From Octopus sinensis (lineage: Eukaryota): 64,000 nt of DNA. The translations under genes and the position numbers were made by a program. The stretch is taken from assembly GCF_006345805.1 (NCBI RefSeq), contig NC_042997.1, positions 209,560,001 to 209,624,000 of the forward strand. Direction: 5' to 3'. The notes under the pieces are model-generated. The model had not been told where the DNA came from, made no database searches, and saw only the letters and a program-made list of their open reading frames with translations. Of the stretch, positions 38,263 to 51,935 are shown piece after piece. How positions within the stretch are numbered: the first letter of the stretch is position 1; the number at the start of each line of letters is the position of its first letter.

Positions 38263-40794
38263 TGTGTGTGTGTATATATATATATATATGTATATATATC
38301 ATCATCATCACCATTGTTTAACTTCTGTCTTCCATGCTGGCATGGGTTGGATGGTTTGACTGCACCAGGCTCCAATCTGATTTGGCAAGGTTTCTACAGC
38401 TGGATATCTTTCCTAATGCCAACCACTCTGAGAGTGTAATGGGTGCTTTTTACACCGATTGTCTGACCAGGTTGTAATATTCTAGGATACAAAAGGATTC
38501 CATCACCACCACTACCATCACCATTATCATCATCACCATCATGATTTAATGTCCATTTTTCATGCTGGCATGGATTGGATGGTTTGACAGGGATTGGCAA
38601 GGCCAGGGACTGTACCAGGTTCCATTGTCTGTTTTGGACTGGTTTCTTCAGGTGGATGCCCTTCCTAATGCCAACCACTTTACAGAATGAACTGGAAGCT
38701 TTTACCTGGCACCATCACCAGTGCTTTTTTCATGGTACCAACATCCACACAAGAACTTTTCATGTGGCCCCTTGGTTTTGGGATCTCAGTTTTGTTATGG
38801 TGGGTGGGTCCATAAGTGTCACATATTTCAGTTCTCCCTCATCTCCTTTGTAAGGCTCAGCATTTTGAGACTGGTAAATTTTTGCTGTAATACTTGCCTC
38901 TTTAGATGAATATAAACTGTGATTGGCAAACTTTCAGGATGGCAAAGGAATTGGGTGGTGGTTTGCTTCTGTGAAAGAATTTTTTTGTTAAGAAGTTTAG
39001 TGTTTTAGAGTTTTACTCCCCAGTTTTCTGCCGTTTTTGGATAAAGTTTTACTTTTACACCCATCTTGTAAGATGAGTCATCCTCTCATCACCATCATCA
39101 TTGTTTAATGTCTTCATTTCCTTGCCTGAATGGGTCAGATGGAATTTGTTTCCAAGCAAGGTAATACATTTCCCCATAGTTAGACAAGTCCTTCATGGCA
39201 GACTGGAAACAATCAGCTTCACTTATATAAATGTTGATGCTTGTTTACAAACACCACATGATGCCACATGATGCCATGACAAAGGTGCAAGGACACACAC
39301 ACACACACACTTTCTGTTTCCATCTACCAAATACAGTCACAAAACATTGGTTGGCCCAGAGCTGTAGAAGAAGACTCTTGCCTAACACACTTCACAGTGG
39401 GACTGAACTCCAGATGATACGTTTGGGGGTGGAATAAGGAGTGGTTGGAGATCACGCAGTCGTTAGCCTCAAATCGCCAGGCCTGGTTGGCGTTTGTGAG
39501 AGATGCAGCATTGAGGATGAATGAAACCAGCTCAACCCACCCCAGGTGAATACTGTCTCAAGACAAGACAGCAGAAGTTTGGGAAGCCATCCTCTTAACC
39601 ATACGTTCTTACCTTCACCTATAATAGTATAATGGTCTAATAGTGAAAATTTAGCAGCCTGACCAAGTAACCAGTCTGAGAGTTGGTAACAAATGGTAAT
39701 AAATTGATGCCGATAACAGTTTTTCAATCGATGCTAGTTCTGACCGTTATTTCCATCAATGGCAATAAAACGTGTAAAAATACGTTCTTTGCAAATATCT
39801 ATTGACTTAATTTAGACAGAAGACAACTTCAGCAGCAGCAGTAGTAGCAGCAGCAGCAGCAGCGTTAAAATTAACTAATCAATAACAAACTTCAATGCTG
39901 TTCACACGGTAAGTCCGACAAAAGTGACAAGTTGATTAAGTACGTTTTACAACACAAGTATTCACTTCCTTCGAGTGAAAGTGCGTTGGTTAGTTTTCAA
40001 AATGCAACGAGAGAAGAACTGAGCGGCAGCAGCGATGACATCACTAGCTGTAGATTTCTCAGACTATTGACTGCTCTTGAGAAATTCCTAACTTACAAAA
40101 AGGAAAAAAAAAAAACCAAGTAAAAATAAAAACAAAACTTATGATTCTAATTGAAGCCATGTCAAAAATCTGGTGGTTGTGTCATCAGAAGAATCGATAG
40201 AATATTTTCAATCCATTGACTGTGATCTCTGCTATCTGTAGAATTTCTTTTACTTTATTGCTATACATGTATTAAGAAATGCCATAATGGTTCTGAACTA
40301 TGAAGAATTGATGGAGCAAGTCTTTTAGAGTTAACTATATTTACTTAACATCAATCCATTCCACTAGAAAATGATCAGGGGTGTTGTTGATGTTGTTGTT
40401 GTTGTTGTTTAGCTGCAGGTCAAAGGCGGCAAGCTGGCAGAATTGTTAGTGTCTTGTGAAAGAAAATGTTCAGCGGCATTTCTTTCTTCTTTACATTCTG
40501 AGTTCAAATTCCACCAAGGTCTCATATTTGTCTTTCATCCTTTCAGGGGCAGTAAAGCAAGTACCAGTTGGGCATTGGAGTTTATGCAATCAACTAGCCC
40601 CTCCCTGCTCCCAAATTCCAGGTCCTCTGCTTATAATTGAAGGGATTAATGTGATGAGCTGGTAAAATTATTAACATGCTTGACAGAATGTGTAGCAGCA
40701 TTTCAAGTCAACTTTCAGGACCAATAAAAGAAGTACCAGTGATGTACTGGAGTCAATGTAATCAATCACACCATCCCCTAAAATTTCAGGCTTT

Positions 40795-41485
40795 GACTGG
40801 CACCTGTCCTGGTAGAATGTAAAAAGTACCATTCGAGTGTGACCAATGCCAGTGTCACCTGTGCTGGTGGCACGTAAAAAATACCATTCGAGTGTGACCA
40901 ATGCCAGTGCCACCTGTGCTGGTGGGACGTAAAAAGTACCATTCAAGCATGGTTGATGCTAGTGCCGCCTGACTGGCACCTGTGCCAGTAGCATGTAAAA
41001 AGCACCATTTGAGCATGGCCGATGCCAATGCTGCCTGTCTGGCACCTGTGCCGGTGACATGTAAAAAGCACCATTCAAGCATAGCTGTGGCCAGTGCCAC
41101 CTGACTGGCACCTGTGCTGGTGGATCACGAAATATACGGCTCGAGCATGGCCCATGCCAGTGCTGCCCCTGATTGGCACCCATGTTGGTGGCACATAAAA
41201 AGCACCGTTTGAGCGTGGCTGATGCCAGTGCTGCCTGACTAGTACCTGTGTCATTGGCATGTAAAAAGCACCGTCCAAGCATGGCTGATACCAGCGCCAC
41301 CTGGCTGGCATTCGTGCCGACGGCATGTAAAAACCACCCGCTGCACTCTTGGAGTGGTTGGCATTAGGAAGGGCATCAAGCTGTAGAAGTATTTCCAAAT
41401 CAGATTAGAGCCTGGTGCAACCTCCTGGCTTGCCAGTCCTCAGTCAAACTATCTGGAAAACAGACATTGAATGACGGCAATGATA
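40795..41485 (+). mobile_element. RTE 3'-UTR-derived element with ~9-10 diverged ~60-bp tandem units
   Basis: Repeated ctggcacctgtgctggtggcacgtaaaaagcaccatt..gagcatggc.gatgccagtgc. Confidence 0.8.
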
Positions 41486-42557
41486 ATACGACGATATTCC
41501 TGGATTAGATAGGATTGTTTAGTCTTAAGTCAATCTTGATTGAGCTGAACTATGATGAGAAATATTCCAGCTGTGACCATTATGCCTGTTTAGAAGGTAT
41601 CTAGGTCTACATTATCTTATGTTACCTCCTCTTTATACAGATTATGGGGAAAGGGAATTGTGCTTCGGCTGCTATTTTTAGCAAGTTGAGTGACAAAGTT
41701 ACTAAAAACAGAAGCTGCCACATTGGTTTGATCATGATGTCGTGTCATTCATTGATGAGAGATACAAAACTCTGCAGCAGTAATGACCCAGCTGCACATC
41801 TGTGGTTACTCAACCATGCAGCTGTAGTGACACAGAATCTAAAGAACTGCTCTATCGCCAATACCATGACCTCCACCACTGTCACCACCACCACCATGGA
41901 TAATGTTTCTCATTTAAGCACAAGGCTACTAGTTCTAGGAAGGACAGTAGTTGGCACTGTCAGGTTTAGTATTTGACTGGTACTTTATTTTATGAACTTT
42001 GAAAGGATGGAAGGTAGAGCTAACTTTAGCAGGATTTGAACTCAGAATGTAAAGAGCCAAAACAAATATTATAAGACAATGATGATAATAGTTCTTTCAA
42101 ATGTTGGCACAAAATCAGCCATTTTTCAGGAGAGGGGCAAGTAATTGCATTTGACCCCAAAACTTGGCTGGTATCTTATTTCGTCAGTCTCTGAAATGAT
42201 GGAACGCAAAGTTGACCTTGGTGGAATTAGAACCCAGAATGCAAAGAGCTGGAAGAAATGTTACAATGCATTTTGCATGATGCTCTAGTTGTTGTTGTTG
42301 ATGATGATAATGATTTCAGGTTTTCCCACAAGGGCAAATGATGAAGTGGACATTAGAAACGGGCTACAGAGAATGTGAGGTGTTTATATAGAAATGAACT
42401 GAAGAAAAACGAAAGAGAAAATGAAATTTTACACAGAAAACAGAATTTTTAAACTGTCTCAGGTCTGAGGGTAGCTTCCTCTGTTTTTTCCCCACAAGTC
42501 AAAGACCTCCTGATAAAGGTCATGTGTTCTCCCCTTCTCTGATTAAGTCATCAAATA

Positions 42558-42790
42558 CCTATTTCTTTATTGCCCACAAGAAGCTAAACACAGAGGGGAC
42601 AAACAAAGACAGACAAAGGGATTAAGTTGATTACATCGATCCCAGTGCGTAACTGGTACTTAATTTATCGACCCTGAAAGGATGAAAGGTAAAGTCGACC
42701 TCGGCAGAATTTGAACTCACAACGTAACGACAGACAAAATATGGCTACGCATTTTGCCTGGTGTGCTAACGATTCTGCCAGCTCGCCGCC
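42558..42790 (-). mobile_element. SINE family M, full length
   Basis: TSD aagtcatcaaata. Confidence 0.9.
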
Positions 42791-43074
42791 AAAGTCATCA
42801 AATATAATTAAAAGTTAACCCTAATTAATGTCTTCCTCTACTAAGGTCTTCAAGTTTTATTCTGCTGTGTTTAGAAAGTTATATTTATCTGCATTCCACT
42901 GTGAAAGCAATTAGACTAAGATTAAGAAAAAACATTTCAAGAAAAACCTGGTTAAATCAGTGTTGTGTTTGGATGAGATCAATATATGTAAAGAAATTTT
43001 AAGATGGCAAACTTGCAGAACCATTAGCATGGTGGGAAAAATGCTTGGTGGCATTTTGTCAGTCTTTATGTTCT

Positions 43075-43126
43075 GACCAAAGCCTTGTGAGTGGATCTGG
43101 TAGATGGAAACTGAAAGAAGCCTGTC

Positions 43127-43163
<37 letters not shown>

Positions 43164-43683
43164 TATATCTGTGCCAGTGTTTGACCCCCTCTCCTCCAAC
43201 CATTGCTTGACAACTTATGTTGGTGTATTTATGTCCCCGTAATTTAGTGGTTCGGCAAAAAAGACCGATAGAAGAAGTACTAGGCTTACAAAGAATAAGT
43301 CCTGGGGTTGATTTGTTCGACTAAAGGCCACAGTCAAATGACTGAAACAAGTAAAAGAGTTGGTACACTGTATATTTATTATGCTAGTTTTGACTTTAAG
43401 AGTCCCTCATAGTGTGAGGCATTTACATGTAGTAATGCCCTTAATATTGACTGAAACAAATAGAGTGAAAAAAGAGTGATATGTATATATTTGTCCCCTA
43501 TCAAATACCAACATGTGTTGGTATATTTATGTCCCCATAACTTAGTGGTTTGACAAAAAAGACTGACAGAATAAGTACCAGACTTTAAAAAATATGTACT
43601 GGGGTTGACACATTCAATTAAAAATTCTTGAAGGTAGAGCCCCAGCATGGCCACAGTCTAATGGCTGAAACAAATAAAAGATA
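43075..43683 (+). mobile_element. SINE family C partial copies
   Basis: Direct similarity to other copies. Confidence 0.7.
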
Positions 43684-44021
43684 ACAGACGTGTGTGTGTG
43701 TGGTGTTGGTGGGTGTTGGGGTATTGTTGAATAGTTAAGAAGTTTGCTTTACAACCGAGAGATCTTGGGTTCAAGTGAACTGCTTGGCACTTTAGGCATA
43801 TCTGTTAAAATAGCCTTAGACCCATCCTGTGTGTGTGGGTAGCCAGGCAGGTAGACAGACCTTACCTGGAAGTCTGTCAAATGGCCTGTACCTCTAATTT
43901 AAAAGACCAGTCATGTTGCACATGATGTCACACCGAATCTAATTCGCGACTATATTAGAGATACTAGTGTCTCTGGAGTACTCAATACTCTACTAATTAA
44001 TGCAAGTTGGTTGTTCCAATT

Positions 44022-44400
44022 ACTCTTTACTCTTTTACTTGTTTCAGTTATTTGATTGTGGCCATGCTGGAGCACCGCCTTTAGTCGAGCAAATCGATCC
44101 CAGGACTTATTCTTTGTAAGCCTAGTACTTATTCTATTGATCTCTTTTGCCGAACCGCTAAGTTACGGAGACGTAAGCACACCAGCATCGGTTGTCAGGT
44201 GATGTTGGGGTGATAAACACAGACACACAAACAAATACACACACACACATATATATATGCATATATACGATGGGCTTCTTTCAGTCTTCTAAACCCACTC
44301 ACAAGGCTTTGGTTGGCCCGAGTCTATAGTAGAAGACACTTGCCCAAGGTGCCATGTGGTTGGTAAGCAAGCTACTTACCACACAGCCACTCCTATGCCT
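44022..44400 (-). mobile_element. SINE family C
   Basis: Reverse-complement match with internal deletions. Confidence 0.85.
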
Positions 44401-45029
44401 ATTGTAATTATTCAATAATTACAATTATCATTAAAAAAATAATGCAATGATTAGGTTGTTAGAGAGGTGTCAAGTCTGCATCTTTCTAACTCAGAAGATC
44501 TTTCCTCCTCATTGTATCCTACTTCTGTTGTAACTAGGGATTTCATTGGATCCATTTGATTCCCTCATCTCTCCAACAATCAATCCCTTAGTCTTTTTCA
44601 TCCTTCCAACCCTGGCTCTCTCTCCCTAACTCATCACAATCTCTTTAGAGCTGGGGCCTGGATGAAACCCTCTCCATACACTCAGTAATAGCGCTTCATG
44701 TTAAAGAAGAGCATCCAACCAGAGAAACATCCACCCAAGATGAGATGCACAAGTGAGACGTACTCCTCTAACCCATGAAGGTGGGCAGTAACTCCTTGCC
44801 GAGATGACAACCTGTCGAACCCATGCCAGGATGGAAAGCGAATGTAAAACGATGATGATGAGGTGTGTGTGTGTGTAATGAGCTACCTCTTCCCCCATCT
44901 CATTGTTGATCTTTTGCCAAAATTTGAAAGAACGGCAATGAGCTGGCGTAATGGTTATTATGTTGTTATTATGGGCTGAGTGGTATTTCTTCCATTTCTT
45001 CACATTCTGAGTTTAAATTCCACAAAGGC

Positions 45030-45630
45030 GCCGGCATGGTTGAATGGTAAGGAGCTTGGTTATCAACCACATGGTTCCTAGTTCAATGCCACTGCGTGGC
45101 ACCTTGGACGAGTGTCTTCTACTATAGCCTCGGACTAACTAAAGCCTTGTGAGTTGATTTGGTAGACAGAAACTGAAAGAAGCCTATTGTGTGTGTGTGA
45201 GCGCCATACTAATACAATTGTTTGTTTGTACTCCACCTGCCTTCGTCTTTTGTTTATTTTCATAAAGCTTCCCGTTATATATATATATGTATATAGATCA
45301 AGATTGAAGCCTGGTGCAGCCATCTGGTTCGCCAGCCCTCAGTCATTCATCCAACCCATGCTAGCCTGGAAAGTGGATATTAAACGATGATGATGATGAT
45401 GATGATATATATATATGTGTGTGTGTTTGTGTATCTGTGTTTGCCCCCGCCACCATTGCTTGACAACCGATGCTGGTGTGTTTACGTCCCTGTAACTTAG
45501 CAGATTGGCAAAAGAGACCGATAGAATAAGTACTAGGCTTACAAAGAATAAGTCCTGGTGTTGATTTGTTCGATCAAAGGTGGTGTTCCAGCATGGCCAC
45601 AGTCAAATGGCTGAAACAAGGAAAAGAAGA
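45030..45630 (+). mobile_element. SINE family C interrupted by inserts, nested in SINE M
   Basis: Head 45030-45190; inserts 45200-45405 include an RTE tail; 3' half 45415-45630; SINE M resumes at 45632. Confidence 0.75.
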
Positions 45631-46112
45631 AAGGTCGACTCTGCCTTTCATCCTTTTGAGGTTGATAAATTAAGTACCAGTTGCATACTGAGGTCAATGT
45701 GATTGTCTATTCCCATGCCCACAAAATCCAGGCCTTGTGCCTATAATAGAAAGGATTATTATTATTTAATTGTTGTTTTGTTTTATAAGAGTTGTCCCAA
45801 GTCTCACTCAGGGACTTAAAGAAAAAGCAAGTTGGACGTTTTCCTGTGGGTGTTTTTTATGAGTAACGATGATGTATTCCTGGGAAAGGAGACGGAATGT
45901 AAAGAATTATCTGTTAAAAGGTTGTTGTAATATTTGGAATTTTGAAAAATTTGAAAAGACTCAAATTCTTAGAATTTGGGCTGCACCCATGTGAACAATT
46001 TTTTGTAATTTTCATACTTTGGGAGTTTCCTGGTTTTTGATCATAATATTTAAGAACACCATTTTCTATTATCCCCATATCATCATTATTATCATCATCA
46101 TCATCATCATCA

Positions 46113-46143
<31 letters not shown>

Positions 46144-46150
<7 letters not shown>

Positions 46151-46516
46151 TCCGCCTTAGCAAAGGCAGAGGTATTGTTTTCAGTTGTGTTTGTTTGTTT
46201 GTTTGTCTGTGGTATCTCAAGATATCTCAAGAACTAGTTGATGGATTCAGATGAAACTTCTAGGGATGTTTGGCCTCATGACTGGCACAAACTGATTAGA
46301 TTTTGGGATCAATCTGGTACTGGACAAGGATTCTGGATTATTTTTCTGGGTTTTTTACTTAATTTTTGAAAGCAGTCAGGTTCATTTTTAGTATTCTCTT
46401 TTGCAAGAGCAGGCGAGTTTATTTCAGATATTCTCATTTTAAAAATCATCTCCAGCGAATCGTTGAGAGGACGTTGGTGTTGCTTTGGCAGAAGTTTGCG
46501 CTCTCTGAGTGCTCTT
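46144..46516 (+). mobile_element. Helentron-associated non-autonomous element (HINE/DINE-1-like)
   Basis: 5' TTACCTCCGCC, (GTTT/GTCT)n tract, 3' subterminal inverted ggcagaagt followed by stem-loop gcgctc-tct-gagtgc; T-rich flanks. Confidence 0.7.
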
Positions 46517-46957
46517 ATTATTTTTATATACATACAACAGATTAGACTGTTGGAAAAGAAAAATTCCTAACATTGGGTAACCTTAGATGCCAAAAACCCT
46601 CTTAAGTATCCTGGCTGTCCCTAATAACACCGTTTGCTGGAGCTGTACTAAACTAGGTTTCATGCCTATTTCCTCTATCTGTCTACTCAAACAAAAATTA
46701 AAATGAGGGTGAAAAGAGTGAAAAATTAGTGGTTAGGATCATAGTGGATCTTCTTCTAGCATAAGGGTTTCCACATAGTGATAAAATTCCTTCTTATATT
46801 TATATCTGCTCAAATATTTAGGGACTGTTCCTAATGCACCTATAACTACAGGGATCCTTTTTACCTACCCTTTCCATAATCTCTGTAATTCAATGGCTAG
46901 GTTCTGATACTTTACAATTTTTTTTCTATACCTTTCATATTGATTATTATTATTATT

Positions 46958-47510
46958 GAGTGAGAGAGCAGTTCATGCCATCAAAGTGACACTGGGGTAA
47001 AATATACGAAGCCCAATATACCCATCATGACTACCCGTCTGATAAAGGTACACCAGGCACATGCATCACAACCATATGTGCGCGACATGGTGATCTCATA
47101 TCAAGAAAACAGCACATGACCTTGCAGGTGGGGCCCAGTTAGAATTTTCTTCAGGTTGAGTAGCCCATCCTGCTCAAACGGTCCCTGAATAAGGGTTGTT
47201 TAAGGATGTTGAAAGAACCACCCATGTTTCCAGAGGTGAACTATTCAAACCCCAAAGAATCCCTCTCAACACATGGCTATGATGCTCCCCCACTACTTCT
47301 GCTCGTGATCAGAGATGCACATATCGTCAGCCACTAAGGGACATGCTCAACTGGTTAAGGTCAAACAACTGACAAGCAAATCTGTGGTATTGAGCAGAAT
47401 ATCTGCTGTTGCTCATCCTTTATACCAAGACAAAACAATTTACATGATAACACTTCCAATCAGTTAAGATCAGAAGCCATGAGAGCCACTGCCTGGTACT
47501 GCATCAGGGC

Positions 47511-47512
<2 letters not shown>
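46958..47512. mobile_element. Unclassified insertion between (ATT)n tracts
   Basis: Complex 555-bp block with sharp (ATT)n borders on both sides; single copy in this window. Confidence 0.4.
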
Positions 47513-47541
<29 letters not shown>

Positions 47542-47739
47542 GGTTATTATTATTATTATTATTATTATTGGTTATTATTATTATTATTATTATTGGTTAT
47601 TATATTATTATTATTATTATTGGTTATTATATATAATGGAACTTGAGCTCTCGCATACCAATATGCTGTGCTGTCAGTGTTGGGTCAAATGTGATCTGAA
47701 AGCTTTGTGTCATCTCTTCAAGAGTGGAAGAATTGTTAG

Positions 47740-48315
47740 TGGCAACGATGGTGATGATGATGATGATTACAGTGATGTTAAAGATGATGACAATGGGGAA
47801 GGATGGTGATGATGTTAGTGATGGTGATGATGAATATGGCAGTGGTAATGGTGTTAGTGATAGTGATGATGACGATTACAGCGATGATGATGATGATCAT
47901 AGTGGTGATGGTGTTAGTGATAATGGAGATGATGATGATGATGACCATGATGTTAGTCACGATGATAATGACATTAGTCATGATAGTGATGATGATGATG
48001 ATGATGATAGTGATGATGATAGTGATGATGATGATGATGATGATAGTGATGATGATGATGATGATAGTGATGATGATAGTGATGATGATGATGATGATAG
48101 TGATTATGATGATGATGATAGTGATTATGATGATGATGATGATGATAATAGTGACGATGATGGCAGAAGGATAGTGATGAACACAGAGAGAAATAATACT
48201 GATGGTTATAGTGATGGTGATGATGATGGTGATGACGATGACTGTGGTGGTGATGATGATGATGATGATGATGGTGGGAGGTGATGATGATGATGATGAT
48301 GGCAAGTGATGATAA
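47740..48315. repeat. (GAT)n-rich trinucleotide repeat
   Basis: Direct inspection. Confidence 0.9.
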
Positions 48316-48867
48316 TAAGTGTTGTATTAATCTATTTTTAGTTGTTAAACTGCAACCATGTGATATTGATGAAAAACGGTAAATGTTTCCAAGGTGTTAT
48401 TAGCGGAATGGTTTCAGCGTGTGTTGAAAGAATTCTCTTCCGACTGTCCGACTGTTTTGCATCAACACAAGCTAAATATTTCATTGCATACCTTGTTAAC
48501 ACGGAACACAGCTGACACCAATTTATTTCGCTGCCGTATTCCACATAATTCATAAGGTTTATGTTGGAGTATGTGTGCACAGGGCAGGGTGGAGCGAAAG
48601 AGATGCGGGTGGGGAATGGAACGCCAGGAATTCCTCTTATAAATTCCTGTTCTGGTCCTACACAAGCTTAAAACTATTCAAAGTGAACCAGTGAGAAGAG
48701 GTGGGGAGGCAGTTGTCTTTATATAGTCACTTCATCTCGTAGAAATAGCAGTTAAATATCCCCAAAATATGCCTGTTAGGGCATCAAGCAAAATGCCTTG
48801 CAGAATTTATTTCAAATCCTGTCAGAACCAGTTCGAATCCTGTCTAGATTGACTTTATCTTTCATTC

Positions 48868-49100
48868 TTATTTCATTATTGCCCACAAGGGGCTAAACAT
48901 AGAGGAGACAAACAAGGACAGACAAAGGGATTAAGTCGATTACATCGACCCCAGTGCGTAACTGGTACTTAATTTATCGACCCCCGAAAGGATGAAAGGC
49001 AAAGTCGACCTCGGTGGAATTTGAACTCAGAACGTAACGGCAGACAAAATGTTGCTAAGCACTTTGCCCTGCGTGCTAACGTTTCTGCCAGCTTGCCGCC
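48868..49100 (-). mobile_element. SINE family M, full length
   Basis: TSD cttta(tc/tt)tttcattctt. Confidence 0.9.
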
Positions 49101-49689
49101 CTTTATTTTTCATTCTTTTAGTCCGGTGTTGGCGGTTGATATAATTGGCTAACCTCTGTCTTCTCAAAATTGCCGGCTCCCATGCTTAAATCATCATCAT
49201 CATCATCATCATCACAAGCAGTGAGCTGGTAGAATTGGATTTTTTTCTGGTCCTACAAACATTGTAGCTTTCAATCCTTCAGCATTCAATCTGGCCATAT
49301 CCAACCCAAATACTTTCCATGTTTTATGCTCAAACCAACCAGATCTGGCTTCTCACACCTACCCTGCAATGTCATTCTAAAAATAAACAGCCTCATCATC
49401 AAAATCTCGAAGTTACCAGGTAATGCAAAGTGAATTTAAACCAATGTGAATGAATAAGCATTGCATTTGACAGAAAAATCTGAATACTAAAGGGTTAAAA
49501 GTTTTTCAGACTGGGGACTTTGACACTATTTACCCATTGCCTGCCATGGGCCCCATTTGGGGATCTGCTAAAGACAGTCTCACTGCTATTTGTTTGTTGT
49601 ATTTAAAGTGAATTGCTTATGTACATTGCACTTGCAGAGGTGTGATTAATAATATTTAGTAATTAAAGTTTGTCATTATCAGCTCTGGT

Positions 49690-49910
49690 TAAGGTGGCGA
49701 GCTGGCAGAATCGTTAGCACACTGGATGAAATGCTTCCGGTATTTTGTCTGTCTTTAGGTTCTGATTTCAAATCCTGCCAAGGTTGACTTTGCCTTTCAT
49801 CCCTTTCGGGGTCAATAAACTAAGTACCAGGGAAACACTGGGGTCGATGTAATCGACTAGTACCCTCTTCCAAATTTCAGGCCCTGTGCTTATAGTAGAA
49901 AGGATTATTA
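49690..49910 (+). mobile_element. SINE family M (variant tail)
   Basis: aaggtggcgagctggcagaatcg head; similar copy at 50492-50705. Confidence 0.85.
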
Positions 49911-51289
49911 GCCCTGGCTAATCTTAGAAGACATTTTATGTCATAAATCGCAATTTTTGAACTAGAAAAATATTGAAGGTTTTGAAAACTTTTTTTTTGA
50001 TTTTGCATTTCCCATTTATATCATTCATTAATATTTCATACACATTCACATTTGATATTATAGTTTCAAAAAAACCCTAAAATGTTTATTATTGAAATTG
50101 AATAGAAAAGGATGAATATGCTTTTTTTTTTTCAGCGATCCCTATTTGGGACTTTTCGAAAAATTTATCATAATTTCCAAAATAATTCACATATGAAGAA
50201 AATTTAAATACTGTACATTAAACTCCTAAGACACCTGGCAAAGCCAAAAAATATAAATAAAAAAATTTGTCTGTTAATGGATCAATGTTGTTCTTCAGCA
50301 ATTGCATGAGGGCCTGTCAGGCGGTACTGGCAATGGACACGCTCAAATGGTGTTTCTTACGTGCCACATGCACAGGAGCCAGTCCAGTGGCACTGACAAC
50401 GACCCTGCTCGAATGTTTTTCATGTGCCACTGGCACAAGTGCCAGTAATAAAATACTTATGAAATGCTTATGTAATATTGTATTATTTGTTAGGCGGTGA
50501 GCTGGCAGAATCGTTGGCCCGTCAGGTGAAATGCTTAGTGGCATTTCATCTGTCTTTACATTTTGAGTTCAAATTCCACCAAGGTCGACTTTGCCTTTCA
50601 TCCTTTCGGGGTCAATAAATTAAGTACCAGTTGTATACTGGGGTTGATCTAATTGACTGGCTCCCTCCCCCAAAATTTCAGGCCTTGTGCCTAGAATAGG
50701 AAATACTATTGTGTTATTTGTTTACAAAATAAATATAAGATAAAAAAAATTGTCAACTTTAATGATATTCATTATATATATTCATAAGGGACATCATGGG
50801 ACAAAGGGGGATCATGAATGATCCCCCTTTGCAGGATAGAGGACGCCGTGATGGTGTCAGCCTTTCTGGTGACGTTGATGTTCGCCTGGGGCTAAATGCA
50901 ACAGTAACACCCCCACCACCCTGCCCTGTCCCTAGCCATATTCAGATGGCTAATGTCCCTTATGATACGGAGCAGTTACTGTCTATATCTCATTTAGAGA
51001 ATTATTATTGCATTATATATATTGCTTTCGGTATAAATTAATATTACTAAGAAATATTACTGGTCCCTGACACATTAGGAAAAAAAAAACTACCAGTATG
51101 CCACTTCAGACTGTTTGGTAAGCACTGCCCCACCATACAGCAGCCATCATGTACAGGTCAGGAACTGCCACTGACTGTACAGTATTCACCATTACGGTGG
51201 TCATCATGTACAACACCATATCTTTAGGACTTAGTTAAATGTTAGCTGTGTGTGTGTGCTGAAAACTGTGATCATCACTTATAGTGGGG

Positions 51290-51568
51290 TGTGTGTATTA
51301 CAGATGTTGAGTGTGTGTGTGTATTACAGATGTTGAGTGTGTGTGTGTATTACAGATGTTGAGTGTGTGTGTGTATTACAGATGTTGAGTGTGTGTGTGT
51401 ATTACAGATGCTGTGTGTGTGTGTTTGTATTACAGATGCTGTGTGTGTGTATGTGTGTGTGTATTACAGATACTTTGTGTGTGTATTACAGATACTTTGT
51501 GTGTGTGTATTACAGATACTTTGTGTGTGTGTTACAGATGCTTTGTGCGTGTGTTTGTATTACAGATG

Positions 51569-51607
<39 letters not shown>

Positions 51608-51935
51608 TATTACAGATGCTGTGTGTGTGTGTATTACAGATACTTTGTGTGTGTGTTACAGATGCTTTGTGTATGTGTTTGTATTACAGATGCTGTGTGT
51701 GTGTGTGTGTGTGTATGTGTGTATTACAGATACTTTGTGTGTGTATTACAGATGCTTTGTGTGTGTGTGTTACAGATGCTTTGTGTGTGTGTTTGTATTA
51801 CAGATGCTTTGTGTGTGTGTGTGTGTGTGTGTGTGTATTACAGATGCTTTGTGTGTGTGTGTGTGTGTGGTGTGTGTGTGTGTGTGTGTGTATTACAGAT
51901 GCTGTGTGTGTGTGTTTATTACAGATGCTGGGTGT
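51290..51935. repeat. Minisatellite: TATTACAGATRCT motif separated by variable (GT)n, ~22 copies
   Basis: Direct inspection. Confidence 0.9.

Noticed and set aside
51290-51935. CRISPR-like repeat-spacer array or Cys/Val-rich ORFs
   Set aside because: Spacers are just (GT)n, and the ORFs are translations of the microsatellite
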